From NCBI RefSeq assembly GCF_004010195.1, contig NC_057738.1:41693693-41757692 (forward strand): a stretch of DNA of 64,000 nucleotides. The letters are read 5' to 3'. The position numbers and the translations under genes were made by a program. Below the pieces are notes generated by a model, which was not told the origin of the DNA, made no database searches, and was given only the letters and a program-made list of their open reading frames with translations. The stretch comes from Chiloscyllium plagiosum. Lineage: Eukaryota. This document shows positions 24,301 to 38,139 of this stretch, in pieces (position 1 is the stretch's first letter; each line of letters begins with the position of its first letter).

Positions 24301-24529
24301 ATTCTAAATGCTAAGAAAATCCATTTCATGGCAATTTATGCAAATCTGTGACAAGGCATAACCATCTGCCTCCCCCACCAACACAGACTTTCCCCTCCCC
24401 ACTGTCCTGATTTTGGTCCTTTCTATGAAACAGTTTGAAAATATTGACAATTTTGTATCATTTAGCAGGAAAATAGAAAATTTAAGCAAGTTCATGAAAT
24501 CCTTTAATCTTTTTCTTTTCATATCACAG

Positions 24530-24870
24530 AATTCCTACACTGTGGAAGCAGGCCATTCAACCCATTGAGTCCACATCACCCCTCTGAAAAGCATCCCACC
24601 CAGACCCCCCACCATCCCTGTAATTCTGTATTTCCTATGGTTAAGCCACCTAACCTGCATATCCCTGGACATTGTGGGTAATTCAGCATGGTTAATCCAC
24701 CTGACCTGCACGTCTTTGTACTGTGGGAGAAAACCAGAGCACCTGGAGGAAACCCATACAGACTCAAGGAAATGTACAAACTCTACACAGATAGTGAGGC
24801 TGAGGCTGGAATCAAACCTGGGTCTCTGGCGATGTGAGGTTGCAGTATTCAACATTAACCACCATGCCAC
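24530..24870 (-). mobile_element. HE1-like SINE
   Basis: Head, V domain and tail as at 13853-14183. Confidence 0.9.
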
Positions 24871-24954
24871 CCAAATATTTGTGCATTATTATATGCACAT
24901 TAATTTCCAGTCTTAAAATTTGAAGTATTCAGCAACTTAAAGCATTCAGACAAA

Positions 24955-25090
24955 CCTTCATCAGAACACTTCATCATTTCTGATGAAATGTCACTGGACT
25001 CGAAATGCTAACTCTGCTTTCTTTCTTCACACAGTTGTTGCCGGCCTGTTGAGGTTCACCAGCAATTTCTGTTTTTGTTTTTTTTTAGTT
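24955..25090 (+). mobile_element. PLE family C 3' end with a short inverted core copy
   Basis: ccttcatcagaa ... ttctgatgaaatgtcactggactcgaaatgctaactc. Confidence 0.65.
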
Positions 25091-25224
25091 TCTTGTCAAA
25101 GGCTCACTTATTCTGCCATTTTTAAGGAGAGTTCCATCTGCCAGTCTTCCTCTCACCTTAAGATCAAATTCTCAAGTTTATAAAGGGATCCTGGAGAAGA
25201 CTGGCTCCCAAGAATGCAGAGACA

Positions 25225-25552
25225 CATTAGATTACGTACAGATTAGATTAGATTACGTACAGTGTGGAAACAGGCCGTTCAGCCCAACAAGTCCACACCA
25301 ACCTTCCGAAGAGCAACCCACCCAGAACCATTCCCCTACATTTACCCCTTCACCTAACACTACGGGCAATTTAGCATGGCCAATTCACCTAAACTGCACA
25401 TCTTTGGACTGTGGGAGGAACCCGGAGCACCCAGAGGAAACCCATGCAGACACGGGGAGAACGTGCCAACTCCACACAGACAGTTGCCTGAGGTGGGAAT
25501 TGAACCCGGGTCTCTGGCGCTGTGAGGCAGCAGTGCTAACCACTGAGTCACG
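25225..25552 (-). mobile_element. HE1-like SINE, young
   Basis: Clean A and B boxes (tcagtggttagc, gggttcaattcc); tandem tail ttagattacgtacag. Confidence 0.93.
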
Positions 25553-25689
25553 AGATTAATTTGACAATGATCTTGAGCCTTTAACTGACCTTAAAACTTT
25601 AATCACTGAAACAGCTTCTGATGCGTTGCAATTTACCGAGGTTCAGAGAAGCAATAAAATGATAAATTACTGTTCTGAAATGTGGAGTT

Positions 25690-25790
25690 GTCAAAACGTG
25701 TGGTGCTGGAATAGCACAGCAAGTCAGGCAGCATTCGAGGAGCAGGAGAGTCGACGTTTTGGGCATAAGCCCTTCATCAGGAATGTGGGC
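25690..25790 (-). mobile_element. PLE family A short 3' piece
   Basis: gtcgacgttttgggcataagcccttcatcaggaat. Confidence 0.85.
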
Positions 25791-26244
25791 TATTGCGCAC
25801 ATTTTTGATTGTGGAAGGAAATCACACAATGAATGAGATACAGATATAGTTACTTAGAAATTCAGAATATTAGCTACTGCAACTCTTAAAAATAAAGTCA
25901 AGGTTTTCCAGAACAATGATTTCCTTCTACTTGTGAGAATTACAATAAATTATTGCAGCTCTTCTAAATGGAGTCACCTTCATCCGAATTTCTGGAGTGA
26001 TTTTCTATTGGTTTCCCTTGAACAGTATGGGATTTGGCTTACTTTCACTGTATCTTTCATCAGCACCTGAAACCGTCCGGGAGCTACCTCTTAGCTCCTT
26101 ACTCTTTCTCAATGTTTCTGGGGATTTTCCACTGGAATATGACTCGATATTTAGAATGTGCATACACCTTTCTTTGGACAGATGTATGATAATGAAATGT
26201 TAGTGATTGCAACAGGATACAATTTATATTGTTAATGTATTAGA

Positions 26245-26372
26245 GGTAAAAACAATGACTGCAGATGCTGGAAACCAGATTCTGGATTAGTGGTGCTGGA
26301 AGAGCACAGCATTTCAGGCAGGATCCAAGGAGCAGCGAAATCGACGTTTTGGGCAAAAGCCCTTCATCAGGA
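26245..26372 (-). mobile_element. PLE family A short insertion with TSD
   Basis: Exact 11-bp TSD aatgtattaga at 26234-26244 and 26373-26383. Confidence 0.9.
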
Positions 26373-26509
26373 AATGTATTAGACAATTGCATGAGTCCAT
26401 TTGGGATCACCAAAACAGAGTTGGCTAGTTTCCCATGACTGGCCCTGGAGCTTGTTCTCTTGCCTCAGTCCCAGCCGATTGGCTTAGGAAGGGGAAAAAT
26501 GTTTGTATT

Positions 26510-26640
26510 GGAACATGGAACATAGAACTTAGAGCACAGGAACAGGCCCTTCAGCCCACAATATTGTGCTGAACACGATGCCAAATTAAACTAGTCCCTC
26601 CTGCGTGCCCTTGGTCCATAACCTTTCATTCCTTGCAGAA
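26510..26640 (-). mobile_element. CR1 3' tail fragment
   Basis: gaacatggaacatagaac..acaggcccttcagccca. Confidence 0.7.
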
Positions 26641-27822
26641 GGATCTCCATTCCTTATGATATAGAGATCGACTTTTGGACCAAGTCAGCCTTTCCATTTC
26701 TGTATTCACAACACTGTAAAATTAAAACCTTCAACGTCTCTCAAAATTGACTCCAATAGCTCCTCGCCAGACTTTTTGAAAAACCAATCCCAGGCTCTGC
26801 AAATAATCAAATCTAGACATTTGGTTATGTAGTTGAAACAAAAGACTTTGCAATTTATTAACAATACAGTAACTTTAGCAAAGCAAAATTAAATAAAAAT
26901 GTAATCTAATTAATATCTACGTCATAAACTCAATAAACTTTGTCTTTAGCCCCTTTCACACAAAAGACAGACAAACAAGTACAATTAAGGGATAAAGAAA
27001 ATAACAAAATTGGCTTGATTACTTAAGTAGCTTTGACGATGCATTATTCCACAAGCAGAGATGATTGTTTCTTGGTTGATTTTCCAAAGTCATTAATCAG
27101 GGTCACCTTTTCCATCCACTCAGAAAGAGTCAGTGATACTGATAACTTAGTTCCTGTTCTCTGAATGTCCAATGCTGATAATGGGAGGTTAGGCAGGGAC
27201 CTTTCAAATCTTCATGCTGATCAACAGCCTAACTCATTCTTCCAGAAAACGCAGCCCAAAACCCAATTAAAACTATGGCCTCTCCCTGTCAGACTGAATG
27301 TCTCGGCACAAGTTCTCAGTTTCCATTTAACATCTGCCATTTGCTTGAGCATGAGGTCTCTCAAGGAGTTGCTGGAAGTAATTCTCAGGTACTGGCCTCG
27401 CTTGTGGCTAAACATCCGTTATCTGATTAAACATACTGTCCTTTGCTGCTGTCGAAGAACCAATCTTCTTTAATCAAGAACCAACCTGCAATTAACTTCC
27501 AGCCTCTGCCTCAAAAGCTTGTTTGTTCTCACTGCCTTTTTTGTAACCCAAGCTGCTTCCCACAGTCTATAGGTCATTGTCACCTTGCAGCCCTCAGCTC
27601 GCAGCTCCAAACTAAACTTGATAAAGGAATAAAATAAAAATAATGAAAAATCATTGAGATTTTGTTTAGTTATCTTTAGCAGTCAGGTTCATTATTATGG
27701 GAGCAAGGCAGAGTTGAAGGTTTCCCTGGCAGTTGATCTTGTACCTGTTATATAATAAGATGAGCTGAAAATGTGTTGCTGGAAAAGTGCAGCAGGTCAG
27801 GCAGCATCCAAGGAGCAGGAGA

Positions 27823-27856
27823 ATCGACGTTTCGGGCATAAGCCCTTCTTCAGGAT
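27823..27856 (-). ncRNA. Minimal type I hammerhead motif (family A, best copy) within a PLE piece at 27762-27856
   Basis: AUC-CUGAAGA-A-GGGC-UUAU-GCCC-GAAA-C-GUC-GAU; helix I AUC/GAU, palindromic ACGU. Confidence 0.72.
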
Positions 27857-28549
27857 GAAATGAGTCCTAATGATGAGACGGTGATATATATCAAAGTGAG
27901 CAGTCACAGGCTGGAGACTGTGAAGAAAGGATGGAATAGTCTGCATTAGTGTGTCAGAGACATTTTCAAATTAATTTGTTCACAGATGTTATTACACACC
28001 TTTGGAGCAGGTGAGACTTGAACCAGGACATACTTACAGAGAACAGCCTCATGTATAATAGTACCAACAAAAGACAGCTACCAGAGTGAGACACTCATAG
28101 TTAAGGAGGAAGTGAGACACATGACAAATTTGCAAAAGGGGCAAGGAAAACCACCTCTCTAAAGTGCAGGACAGAACCTTGGGGCAGATGCATCATCACA
28201 ACATAAACCAGTATCTACCATTGCTGGGACAGCTTGAGAGCAGTGTCATTTTTCAGTGGTATCAATGTGGGAAAGTTATTTTAAATTAGATTGGAGATTT
28301 CCTCCCGCTTCTGAACACCAATGCACAGCACCTCGGTAGAAATTTCTCCCCACAATCTCCTCACACCTGAGCTGTAGTTTTGCCCACAACAATTAGAATT
28401 AGCCTGAATTTGGTTAATCTGACAAGAAAAGGGCAAGAGACGTTGAATTGGCATCAAGGTTGTACTGGCTACTCTTTCAGACTGATTCACATCAAGAAGG
28501 AAAGTACAGGTCTTCAGATACATCACAAGCTCAGTATGCACATAAGGCC

Positions 28550-29315
28550 TGTTTTCTCTAGAATTTAGAAGGTTAATCAAAGTCTCCAAGAGGTTAAGAG
28601 AAAAAGATAGGGTAGATAAAGATAAGCTATTTCCACTGGATGGGGATTCCAGAACGTGGGACATAGTCTGAGAATTAGGCTAGAGCATTCAGGAGAGATG
28701 TTAGGAAGCACTTTGACACGCAAAGGATGGTAGATGTTTGGAATTCTCTTCTACAAATGGCAGTGAATGTTGGTCATTTCAAATCTGAGATAGATACACT
28801 TTTGTTAATGCTGAATAGGCAGGGGCCAATTTCCCTGGAGCATCAGAGGCTGAGGGGTGACCTCATGGAGGTTTATGAAATCATGAGGGGCATGGATAGG
28901 GTGAATAGCCAAGGTCTTTTTCCCAAGGTAGGGGAATCCAAAACTAGAGGGGAAAGATTTAAAAGGGGCCTAAGGGGCAATATTTTCACGCAGTGGATGA
29001 TGCGAGTATGGAATGAGCTGCCAGATGAAGTGGTGGAGGCTGGTACAATTACATCATTTAAAAGGCATCTGGATGGATACATGAATAGGAAGGGTTTAGA
29101 GGGATATGGAAAAGTGCTGGCAAATGGGACGAGATTAGATTAGGATATCTGATTGACATGTACAAGTTGGACTGAAGGATAGATTTCCATGCTGGACGAT
29201 TATTTGGCTCTAAATGTTTGAAGGGATACAGATAAATGAAGTTATCAGATCAGCCATGATCATATTGAATAGTGAAACAGGTTCAAGGGGCTGACTGGCC
29301 TACTCCTGTATGTTC
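28550..29315 (+). mobile_element. Composite CR1: younger copy (~28810-29210) nested in an older CR1 3' end
   Basis: Two successive ORF2 C-termini (VDVWNSL.. then RLRGDLMEVYEIMRG..VWNELP); the older 3'UTR resumes at ~29215. Confidence 0.85.
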
Positions 29316-29965
29316 GTAAACACCTTGCACTTAGAGTAACTGCTCAAAGTAGATTTAATTTTTATAAAAATACAGGCTTTCAATATATATTTGAACATAA
29401 AATATTATTAATGTGTTGCTTTAGAAATTTACTCAAGATTGACCTAAGACTATTTTGTAATCTAATCTTTTCCTTTGTTATAGGGGAACCTTGCTCTTTC
29501 TCTCTCAACTGAGTTATCCTTTGGTTCAAAATGAGTATTCTGGCTCCTAGAAATGTATAACTTGTCTGTTCTGATCAATCGGATCAAAACCTGTCTCATT
29601 TAATTGGAAGAGGACCATGAATTATTCAGTGTAGTGCAATTTTAATGTTAACTAAGGATGCATCACAACTCTAAAAATCATATTACCATCTTGTTCCTGA
29701 AGTATGGAAATGTGTAAGAATTTGAAACTTTGGCTTCTGGTGTGATGAAAAGAAGCAAAAAACTTTGACTTTTAGTAGTTCCTTCAATGAAATAAATTTT
29801 ATGAGATTCCACAGACACAATCTTCAAGAATCATTATTTAATTAGAAGAATCTGGGAAACCTGCATCATGACTTGATAGTTTCAAGATGATTGAAGATTC
29901 CCCATTAGACACAGTTAAAAATCACACAACACCAGGTTATAGTCCAACAGGTTTAATTGGAAGCA

Positions 29966-30000
29966 CACTAGCTTTCGGAGCGACGCTCCTTCGTCAGGTG
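29966..30000 (-). ncRNA. Minimal type I hammerhead motif (family B, best copy)
   Basis: CAC-CUGACGA-A-GGAGC-GUC-GCUCC-GAAA-G-CUA-GUG; helix I CAC/GUG, palindromic AGCU. Confidence 0.72.
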
Positions 30001-30043
30001 ATAGTGGAGGGCTCGATCGTAACATAGAATTTATAGCAAAAAT

Positions 30044-30908
30044 CCCACCATCAAACTCACCATGGACTACTCTCGACTATCTGTCTCATTCTTGGACACA
30101 TGCGTCTCCATCAAGGATGGACACCTCAGCACCACAGTCTACCACAAACCCACAGACAACCTCACAATGCTAGACTTCTCCAGCTTCCACCCAAAACATA
30201 TTAAAACAGCCATTCCCTATGGACAAGCCCTACGCATGTCTGCTTAGATGAGGAGGAATGTGACGGACACCTGGAAGTACTCAAGGATGCCCTCACAAGA
30301 ACGGGGTATGATGTTCAACTCATCGACCGCCAGTTCCGACGTGCCACAGCAAGGAACCGTAATGACCTCCTCAGGAGACAGACACGTGCTGCAACTGACG
30401 GGGTACCATTCGTTGTTCAGTACTTCCCAGGAGCTGAAATACTACGCCATGTTCTTCGCAACCTGCAACACATTATCAATGAGGATGAGCACCTCACCAA
30501 GACCTTCCCGACACCTCCACTACTTGCCTTTAAACAACCGCCAAACCTCAAACAGATCATTGTTTGTAGCAAACTGCCCGGCTCTCAGGACAACTCCATA
30601 CAACCCTGTCACGGTGGACACTGCAAGATGTGTCAGAGTGTGGACATAGATACCACCATTACACGTGGGGACACCTTGTACATGGCAGGTACTCATGTGA
30701 CTCAGCCAACGTTGTCTATCTTATACATTGCAGACAAGGATGCCTGGAGGCATGGTACATTGGGGAAACCGAGCAAAGGCTATGACAACGGATGAATGGG
30801 CACTGCACAACAATCAACAGACAGGAGGGTTCCCTCCCAGTTGGGGAACACTTCAGTGGTCCAGGAATTCAGCCTCGGACCTTCAGGTGACCATCCTCCA
30901 AGGTGGAC
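30044..30908 (+). pseudogene. PLE RT thumb, Cys linker and GIY-YIG endonuclease remnant
   Basis: SFLDTCVSI..VYHKPTD..SSFHPKHIKTAIPYGQALR; QPCHGGHCKMC; SCDSANVVYLIHC..WYIGET; frameshifts and a stop. Confidence 0.92.
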
Positions 30909-32629
30909 NNNNNNNNNNNNNNNNNNNNNNNNNNNNNNNNNNNNNNNNNNNNNNNNNNNNNNNNNNNNNNNNNNNNNNNNNNNNNNNNNNNNNNNNNNNN
31001 NNNNNNNNNNNNNNNNNNNNNNNNNNNNNNNNNNNNNNNNNNNNNNNNNNNNNNNNNNNNNNNNNNNNNNNNNNNNNNNNNNNNNNNNNNNNNNNNNNNN
31101 NNNNNNNNNNNNNNNNNNNNNAGTGTTCCCCAACTGGGAGGGAACCCTCCTGTCTGTTGATTGTTTTGCGGTGCCCATTCATCCGTTTTCGTCGCCTTTG
31201 CTCGGTTTCCCCAATGTACCATGCCTCCGGGCATCTTTGCCTGCAACCTATGAAAGAAGTGAAACTATCACTGTATTCTAACAGATGAAAGGCTTAATAG
31301 ACAATCAATTTTTCAATGTATAATTTCAGTTACATCACACTGTAAATTTTTGCTATAAATTCTGTGTTACGATCGAGCCCTCCACTATCACCTGATGAAG
31401 GAGCGTCGCTCCAAAAGCTAGTGTGCTTCCAATTAAACCTGTTGGACTATAACCTGGTGTTGTGTGATTTTTAACTTTGTACACACCAGTCCAACACCGG
31501 CATCTCCAAATCATTAATAGACACAATTATCCTAATTGTTCTAGACTGAATACTCCCCTCAATATGTCAGTGTTTGACAGACACTCTGGTGTCCCATAAA
31601 GCAAGATGTCCCCACTTCGACCCCACTTGAACAATTCCTTACTGACAAACCATGATAGGCAGTTTCTGTGCATGTCTGCACAAAAGGAACTTGTTAATAA
31701 TGGCAGCACTGACGTACTGATAGCCTTCAGGCTCTGATTGAATCATCAACACGCTAACAGACAATGACATGGCAAGAAAAGCATGGATGCTGTGAACATG
31801 CAGGAAGGTGCTACATCAATGAACGTGAGGTCAGCAAGCGAGTGGCTCTGAGATGCAACCTCATGAGCTGAAGTACGATATGATTCTATGACAGTTTAAA
31901 TAGAAATACGGCTGAAACGGTAACAGGGAAAATAGATTCATTCAGTGTTTTATGAAATCATATACCACTGCCAGTTTTGGTTAATAGCAAAGTGGCTTTA
32001 AATGAAAAAGAAAGCGTTGCAATTTTCAACACGAAATTAAAAACAGCCATCACGTTGCTCATTACCACTCTAGGTTTCAAGAAAAGGCTACACTCGTACG
32101 GAACAAATTACAGAAGTGTGGGGTGAGAGGGTCCTGAGTAAACTGAAGGAAATTGTAGCTTCAGCAGAGCCAGGCAAAGAGGGGTTATTATCAGAGAAAG
32201 TCCCTTCCCATGCTCATGGCGAGGGGGAGAATGTGAGGCAATTAAAAAAGAAATACATGCAAACACACACACACACACTATTTATAATCTGATGCAATCA
32301 TGCTGAAAAGTAGCAGCTGTCTGCTTTTAAAGGGGATGGATCAATTAGGAATGAAGACTGGGAGAGCTTAATAAGGTGCCTCTCTACTCAAATCACAATT
32401 AAACTATAAGCATTTAATTGACGAGAAAATAATGAAACATTTTCATAAGGATCTAAAATATCAGCAGCTGTCTGAAGTACAAGATACATCAATATGTAAG
32501 GAAGTTGATTGGATACAAACATAACTGAAGAAATTACAGGAAGAGGCCACTCAACACTGCCAGCTTTGTCTATCATAGGTGATGGTTTATTTGATTGAGT
32601 ACGGGATGGGGGTGCTATAGACTTGTTTT

Positions 32630-32880
32630 ATCTGTCTAGGAGCTGGGTTAGACTGCAGCTGGAGTACAGCCTGCAGTTTTGGTCTCCTAGTCTCAGGAAA
32701 AATAGTATTGCTGTAGAGGGAGTGTAACAAAGGTTCACAAGACTTGTTCCTTGAACGGTGAGACTCTCCAATGAACAGTGATGCGGCAAACTGGCCCTTA
32801 AAATCTCCAGAGTTTCTAATCTCATTGAAATCTCAGTGATCTCATTGAAACCTAGAAAATACTGAAAGGGACAGATGTGG
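32630..32880 (+). mobile_element. Old CR1 ORF2 fragment
   Basis: gttagactgcagctggagtacagcctgcagttttggtctcc (VRxxLEYxxQFWSP). Confidence 0.75.
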
Positions 32881-35800
32881 TAGATATCATCATTGAGATG
32901 GCAATAGTTCAATTTCCAAATTGTCCTTAACCAGCATTTACGCACTAAGCACATTCACTCTACAGGCATTGCAAATAGGCCATTAAATGATTGCAAATTA
33001 GCAATAACTTTAGCTTATAGACTTTGTTTCCTGTATTGCCCCCTTCATTGTCCTAATGTCGTGATGGTCAAGTTGGATCTTGTTACTAGACAAATCAGGG
33101 TCAGATTTAGATCTGGCTTCTTTTTTGGTTTTGGTCTTAATGAGATGGTCTCTCACTGAGTCAGAAACATGTAATGTTTGAGATGTTGTTTCAACAATAA
33201 AACAGAAGTTTATTAAGCAAATAAGTAAATATAAAGTAGAATAAGTCTGGTAATTTACTTGCAGCTCAACTTCAAAGACCTTTAAACACATCATAAACAG
33301 ATAATCCAATTAATTCAGAAACAAGCATTTCCAAGTTTCAAAACAGAAATATTCCTTGTACCATACTCACACCTAATTTATTTTTCCTCTAACATCAGGT
33401 TCAAGGTAACTGACGTTAACACATAGACTGGAAAATTAATAGGTTCTTCTGAGAGCTATCATTCATTTGAGCACAAACTTTTTCAGCTTTAAGTAGCCTC
33501 TTCAGGGTGTTATCTCAACACTTCTAGTTTAGAGCTAACAATAACTCTTTACTCCAATATAGTTTAACTATATTCTCCCTTTCTCAGGAACACTGCTTTA
33601 TCTTCCTACAAGGATTTAACACACCTGCTAAAAACAAAGTCAAATGGAAATAAAACCATTCTCTCTCAGAGTGTTTCCCCAAGCTGGAAAAAATAACCTA
33701 ACTCTAAGCATTTCTAAAAGAACCCTTGCAATGCAAATGACCAACTTGCTAAGCCATACAAGCCTAATGTAAAAAAAAATAAGTTGCCAAAGAAGCTCTT
33801 ACAAACTGATGTAAAAGAAATCACCATGGCTCCAGAAATGCTTGCAAATGAATTATTAACTTTAGATGCACATAAAGCCCATATGTTACTAATTTAAAAT
33901 CCAAAAATCAAAATTAAAATGAATAGTGTTAAAATTATGTAGAAATCCAGCAGTTTAAATCATTCATTCAGCAGATCCTGTACTTTCAGCCATCATATCT
34001 ACATTGGGTGCTGTCCCGGATATTTTCAAATCTGGTGAACGGTAAGTGACAGCAAGAATACAGCTCTGGGTGAATACTTTCAGAACCGAGCCTTTCCTGG
34101 TTGCCAGCTACTTCCTCAGTGTCTCGACAGCTATTTACCTCACATAACCCAGACAGCCCTTTTCTGCCCATACCCCCCACATGGAGACCCAGCACACTGA
34201 TCTTTACCTCTTTGCCCCCAGGCTTTGACATCACACTTTCTTGATGTCAGCCTGGTCCTTTACACTCCTCCCCTCCTATGGATGCCATAGTAGTGGTCAC
34301 TGTCAATGACACTCCAAACATAGCCTTCTATGCCCTCCCAATGTTGTTCCGCATTCTCCCTCTTATTCACATCACCATCCTGGTCCCCATCTCAAAACAG
34401 GCCACTGCTTTCTACCCACCCCCCCCAAACTTGAATGGCCCACCTCTTTTGGTAATGAGACTCCTTTGCCCCCACAACTCACCCATGATTACACCCTCCT
34501 CAACAATCAACACACAGACCCCCATCCCCAAAGGATTTAATTGCCCAAGACCTCCGACTGACTTCATTAAACAGCCACTACACATAACTGACCGAACAGG
34601 TGACCGCTGATGATATGTGATTCCCCTGACGGCTTGTGATAGCCCTACAGAACCGAGCTATGGTCCTGGACTGGAGCTGGATATATCGGCCTGAGCAGGT
34701 GACTGACTGTGGTCAAGCCCTGGAATTGAGTGTGGACTGTGTTGCTGACTGACTCCCTGACCAACCTCTGTGTCTGTGTAGAAGAACATGTTAATGTGGC
34801 ACTATTGATAGCCTTTAAACTTTGGTTAATACGTATGATGTGACTGAGCACTAAAAGAGAGAGCAAACAGCTCAGTCTGTGAGCTGGGTGCAAGTCCCTG
34901 CACACAGTGTCCTTGCTGTAGCCTTTCAATGTTAGTTATCAATGCACCCAGTGATGCCAGCCTGTAGATTCTCGGTGTAGTAAAGACGTGCCTTGATGGT
35001 TGTGAGAGGGTGACAAATACCAGATGCCAATGTCCATGGGCGAGGGCTGCGTGGGGTTGATGCCCTGGATCATGCTCTAAGATGCTGTTTGGGGTGGAGG
35101 CTGTTAGTTATCAGCTATCCCCTCTAAAATTCATTTCAAGATTTCTCAGCACTGATCTCACTCGCAGCGGATGGTAGGATAGAAGATGCACTAAATTGTT
35201 GCCATCACTGTGACAAACCACACCAGACTTCTCCTGCCACATTTCTCACCATATTCCACATCATTCAGGCTCCTATCAGACAATGGGTCAACAGTCGAAC
35301 CTGAGGATGAGCATTCCACACTGAGACAACCTCTCAAAGACTCAAGTTCAAATCCTCCGAAGCCACGTCCAAACTGGATTCTAAACTAAACTGAAATCTC
35401 ATATTGAGAAAAATCAATTTACCTGGAGATGATGCCTTGAATTTTAAGCAGTGCACTTCACCCAGATGGAAACAGGGAATTGTAGCCACAAAACAGTTAG
35501 GCATAGCTGTCAACGTTGATCAATATCTTTAAAATATCAGTTTTATGGCATTGTGAAGCTAACTATTCTACTCCCGATATAGCAAATAATCAACTTCATC
35601 ATACTTTCATCCATATTGTTTTAACAAATTAAATAATCAATGAGGGCAAACTATTTTGAGAGAGTGTTAATGCAATTATGTGTCTGTGCAACTAAAATTC
35701 AAACTTCTCTTTATTATTGTTCATTGGATGTGGGCACTGCTGGCTAGGTTAACATCAGTGGCCCATATTATACCATTGAGAAAGTCTAAGAACTTAACAT

Positions 35801-37164
35801 TGGCATATATAAAATAATCTATTGATGTAGAGAGACAACTGCATTTAGTCATTAAACATTACATTTATAAAGTGGGATATTACATACCTCCTGAGTAAAA
35901 CAATCAAATGTCATGTTTTTGTTATTTGTTCAAACAATGCAGCACACCAATTTATTGAATTAGAGGTTAGCAATTATTCTACTTGATAGGTTGTAACTTG
36001 AAACAATCATATAGCTCCATTTGAGGGCGCTTACTGTGCAGTGGTGGTGTCCCGACCTCTGAGCCAGCAATTCATGACTTAAGTTCCAACTGCTCTAGAA
36101 CTGTCTCATAATGTGGATGAACAGGTTGGTTTTTACAAATAGCTATTGCTGCATTTACTTTGTAGAGTGGTTGCAAACATTAGTTTCTGCCTAATATTGT
36201 GAATAATCAACATAGGAGGTGAACAAAAATAAAGAATATTGTAGGAAAACTCAAGCTATGAACACTACCTGCTGTTTCATTGGAATTTTCTGCAAAGGGA
36301 GCACCTTCAGGATCTCCTTGCAAACTCTGGCCACTCAAATGCATTTTAATATTAAAGTCAGTCACAGATATTTTTGTTCTCTGAACTGTAATCTGGCATG
36401 TACAAGTGTCTGACGATAATTAGCATGTGCAAATAGCAGCTGTTCACACAATTGGGATTACCAAGAACTGCCGTTTACTCTGAGCTACAAGCACAATTCA
36501 AGCAATTCTTGAGAAAATATTCAGGCATCTGGAGCACTCATTTCACATGCAAAGTCTTGTTCACTGCGAGTGGCATTCACTTGCACTCATGTGTTGGTCC
36601 CTGCTTTGCAAGCATTCTATCATTGGGAAAGGATCTAGGGCTGGATGACTTTGTTGGATAAGGATGTAAAGGTGTGAAAGGATTAGTGATGGGAGTGCCA
36701 TAAGCACTACACACTATGCACTATGCTGATATTGTAAGACTTCAGGGAAGAACAGCATTGAAAGACTAAGACCAGCCATCTGGAATTTTCTCAGTCTCTG
36801 CAAGATTGTCTGTCATATAGGTGTAACTTGTACCTAATTACTACCATGGAATAAGCAATTTGCTTTTGAATATAAGCACCTTTTCTCATTAGACTACTGG
36901 GTGGTCTTACTCAATCAATTTAGCACAGCCTGTTGAGATATTTCTACTCAACCAGTTCAGCAATAATCATACGTATCTCTCAGACATGTGGGATTTGAAC
37001 CCACAGCTCCTGGTCCAGAGACTGAGACATTACCACTGTGTCACAGGAGCCCTAAAGAAAGACCTGCTGATCCCGACCAGAAAAGACTATGTTGACAGCA
37101 AACCCACCCCTTGGTGAGTGATGGTATTGAGAGCTTGCATACTGTGTCCATACTTGCCCTAGGA

Positions 37165-37735
37165 AGGGTTCGGAAGAGATTTACCAGGACGTTGCTGGAA
37201 ATGGAAGGTTTGAGTTATAAGGAGAGGCTGGATAGGCTGGGACTTTTTTTTTTCACTGGAGCGTAAGAGATTGAGAGATTTATAAAATAAGGATGGGGTA
37301 TTTCAAAACTAGTGGGCATATCCTTAAAGTGATAGGAGAAACATTTTAAAAAACATGAGGGGCATTTTTTTTTTACACAGAGAGTGATTTGTGTGTGGAA
37401 TGAACTTCCAGAGAAAGTGGTGGATGTGAGTACAATTATGATGTTAAAAGGTATTTGGATAAGTACATGAATAAGAAATGTTTTGAAGGATATAGACCAA
37501 GCACAGGCAGGTGGGACTAGTTTAGTTTGAGATTATGGTTGACATGGACTAGTTAGACTGAAGGTAAAAACAATGACTGCAGATGCTGGAAACCAGATTC
37601 TGGATTAGTGGTGCTGGGAGAGTACAGCAGTTCAGGCAGCATCCGAGGAGCAGTAAAATCGATGTTTCGGGCAAAAGCCCTTAATCAGGAATACAGCAGG
37701 CTGTTTCTGTGTTATATGACTCTCTGACTCTGTAG
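37165..37735 (+). mobile_element. CR1 3' fragment with a nested PLE-A piece (37563-37697, minus)
   Basis: CR1 ORF2 end; its 3'UTR is interrupted by ggtaaaaacaatgactgcagatgctgg..gtttcgggcaaaagccc. Confidence 0.88.
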
Positions 37736-38139
37736 TAGGAAGTGAAGTAGTATGGAGTGCAGGGAACTCAAACATATCCCTGTCTGCACCACAAACACTA
37801 GTTAGGTCATGATTAAAATAGCATTCATACTTTTCCATTCTCAATATTGAGAAAAATTATGGTTCATTATTTTGAATAGCCAATTTTCAGGGAAAGTCTG
37901 CCCCATACAGACCTTAAGGATACAATTAGGATTCCATCACAATTTTACCATTGACTCTGTATTGGCACATAGGACTGAGGTCAATCAAAATCCAGAAAAA
38001 AACGTCATTTGTGCCTGTTTAAAATTTACTCTTGTCATACAAGGAATCTTTGAATTTCTTTTGCCTCAGATGTTCCTGCCTTTGCCATTCCCTCTGCTTC
38101 TCTCACACTCTTCTCCAGAAGTCATCTGCATATTTGGGC

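Larger units (their letters stand above)
29914..31515 (+). mobile_element. Neptune-type PLE (family B), 5' truncated, with inverted pseudo-LTRs
   Basis: Inverted pLTR 29914-30043, ORF remnant, gap, inverted endonuclease piece 31122-31248, direct pLTR plus tail 31249-31515; TSD tagacaca at 29906-29913 and 31518-31525. Confidence 0.93.

Noticed and set aside
25480-25552. tRNA-like sequence with A and B boxes
   Set aside because: Head of an HE1-like SINE, continuous with the V domain and tail; not a tRNA gene.
26715-27655. Possible old solo LTR (similar texture at 33057-33955 and 1040-1160)
   Set aside because: Could not establish both TG..CA termini and a TSD.
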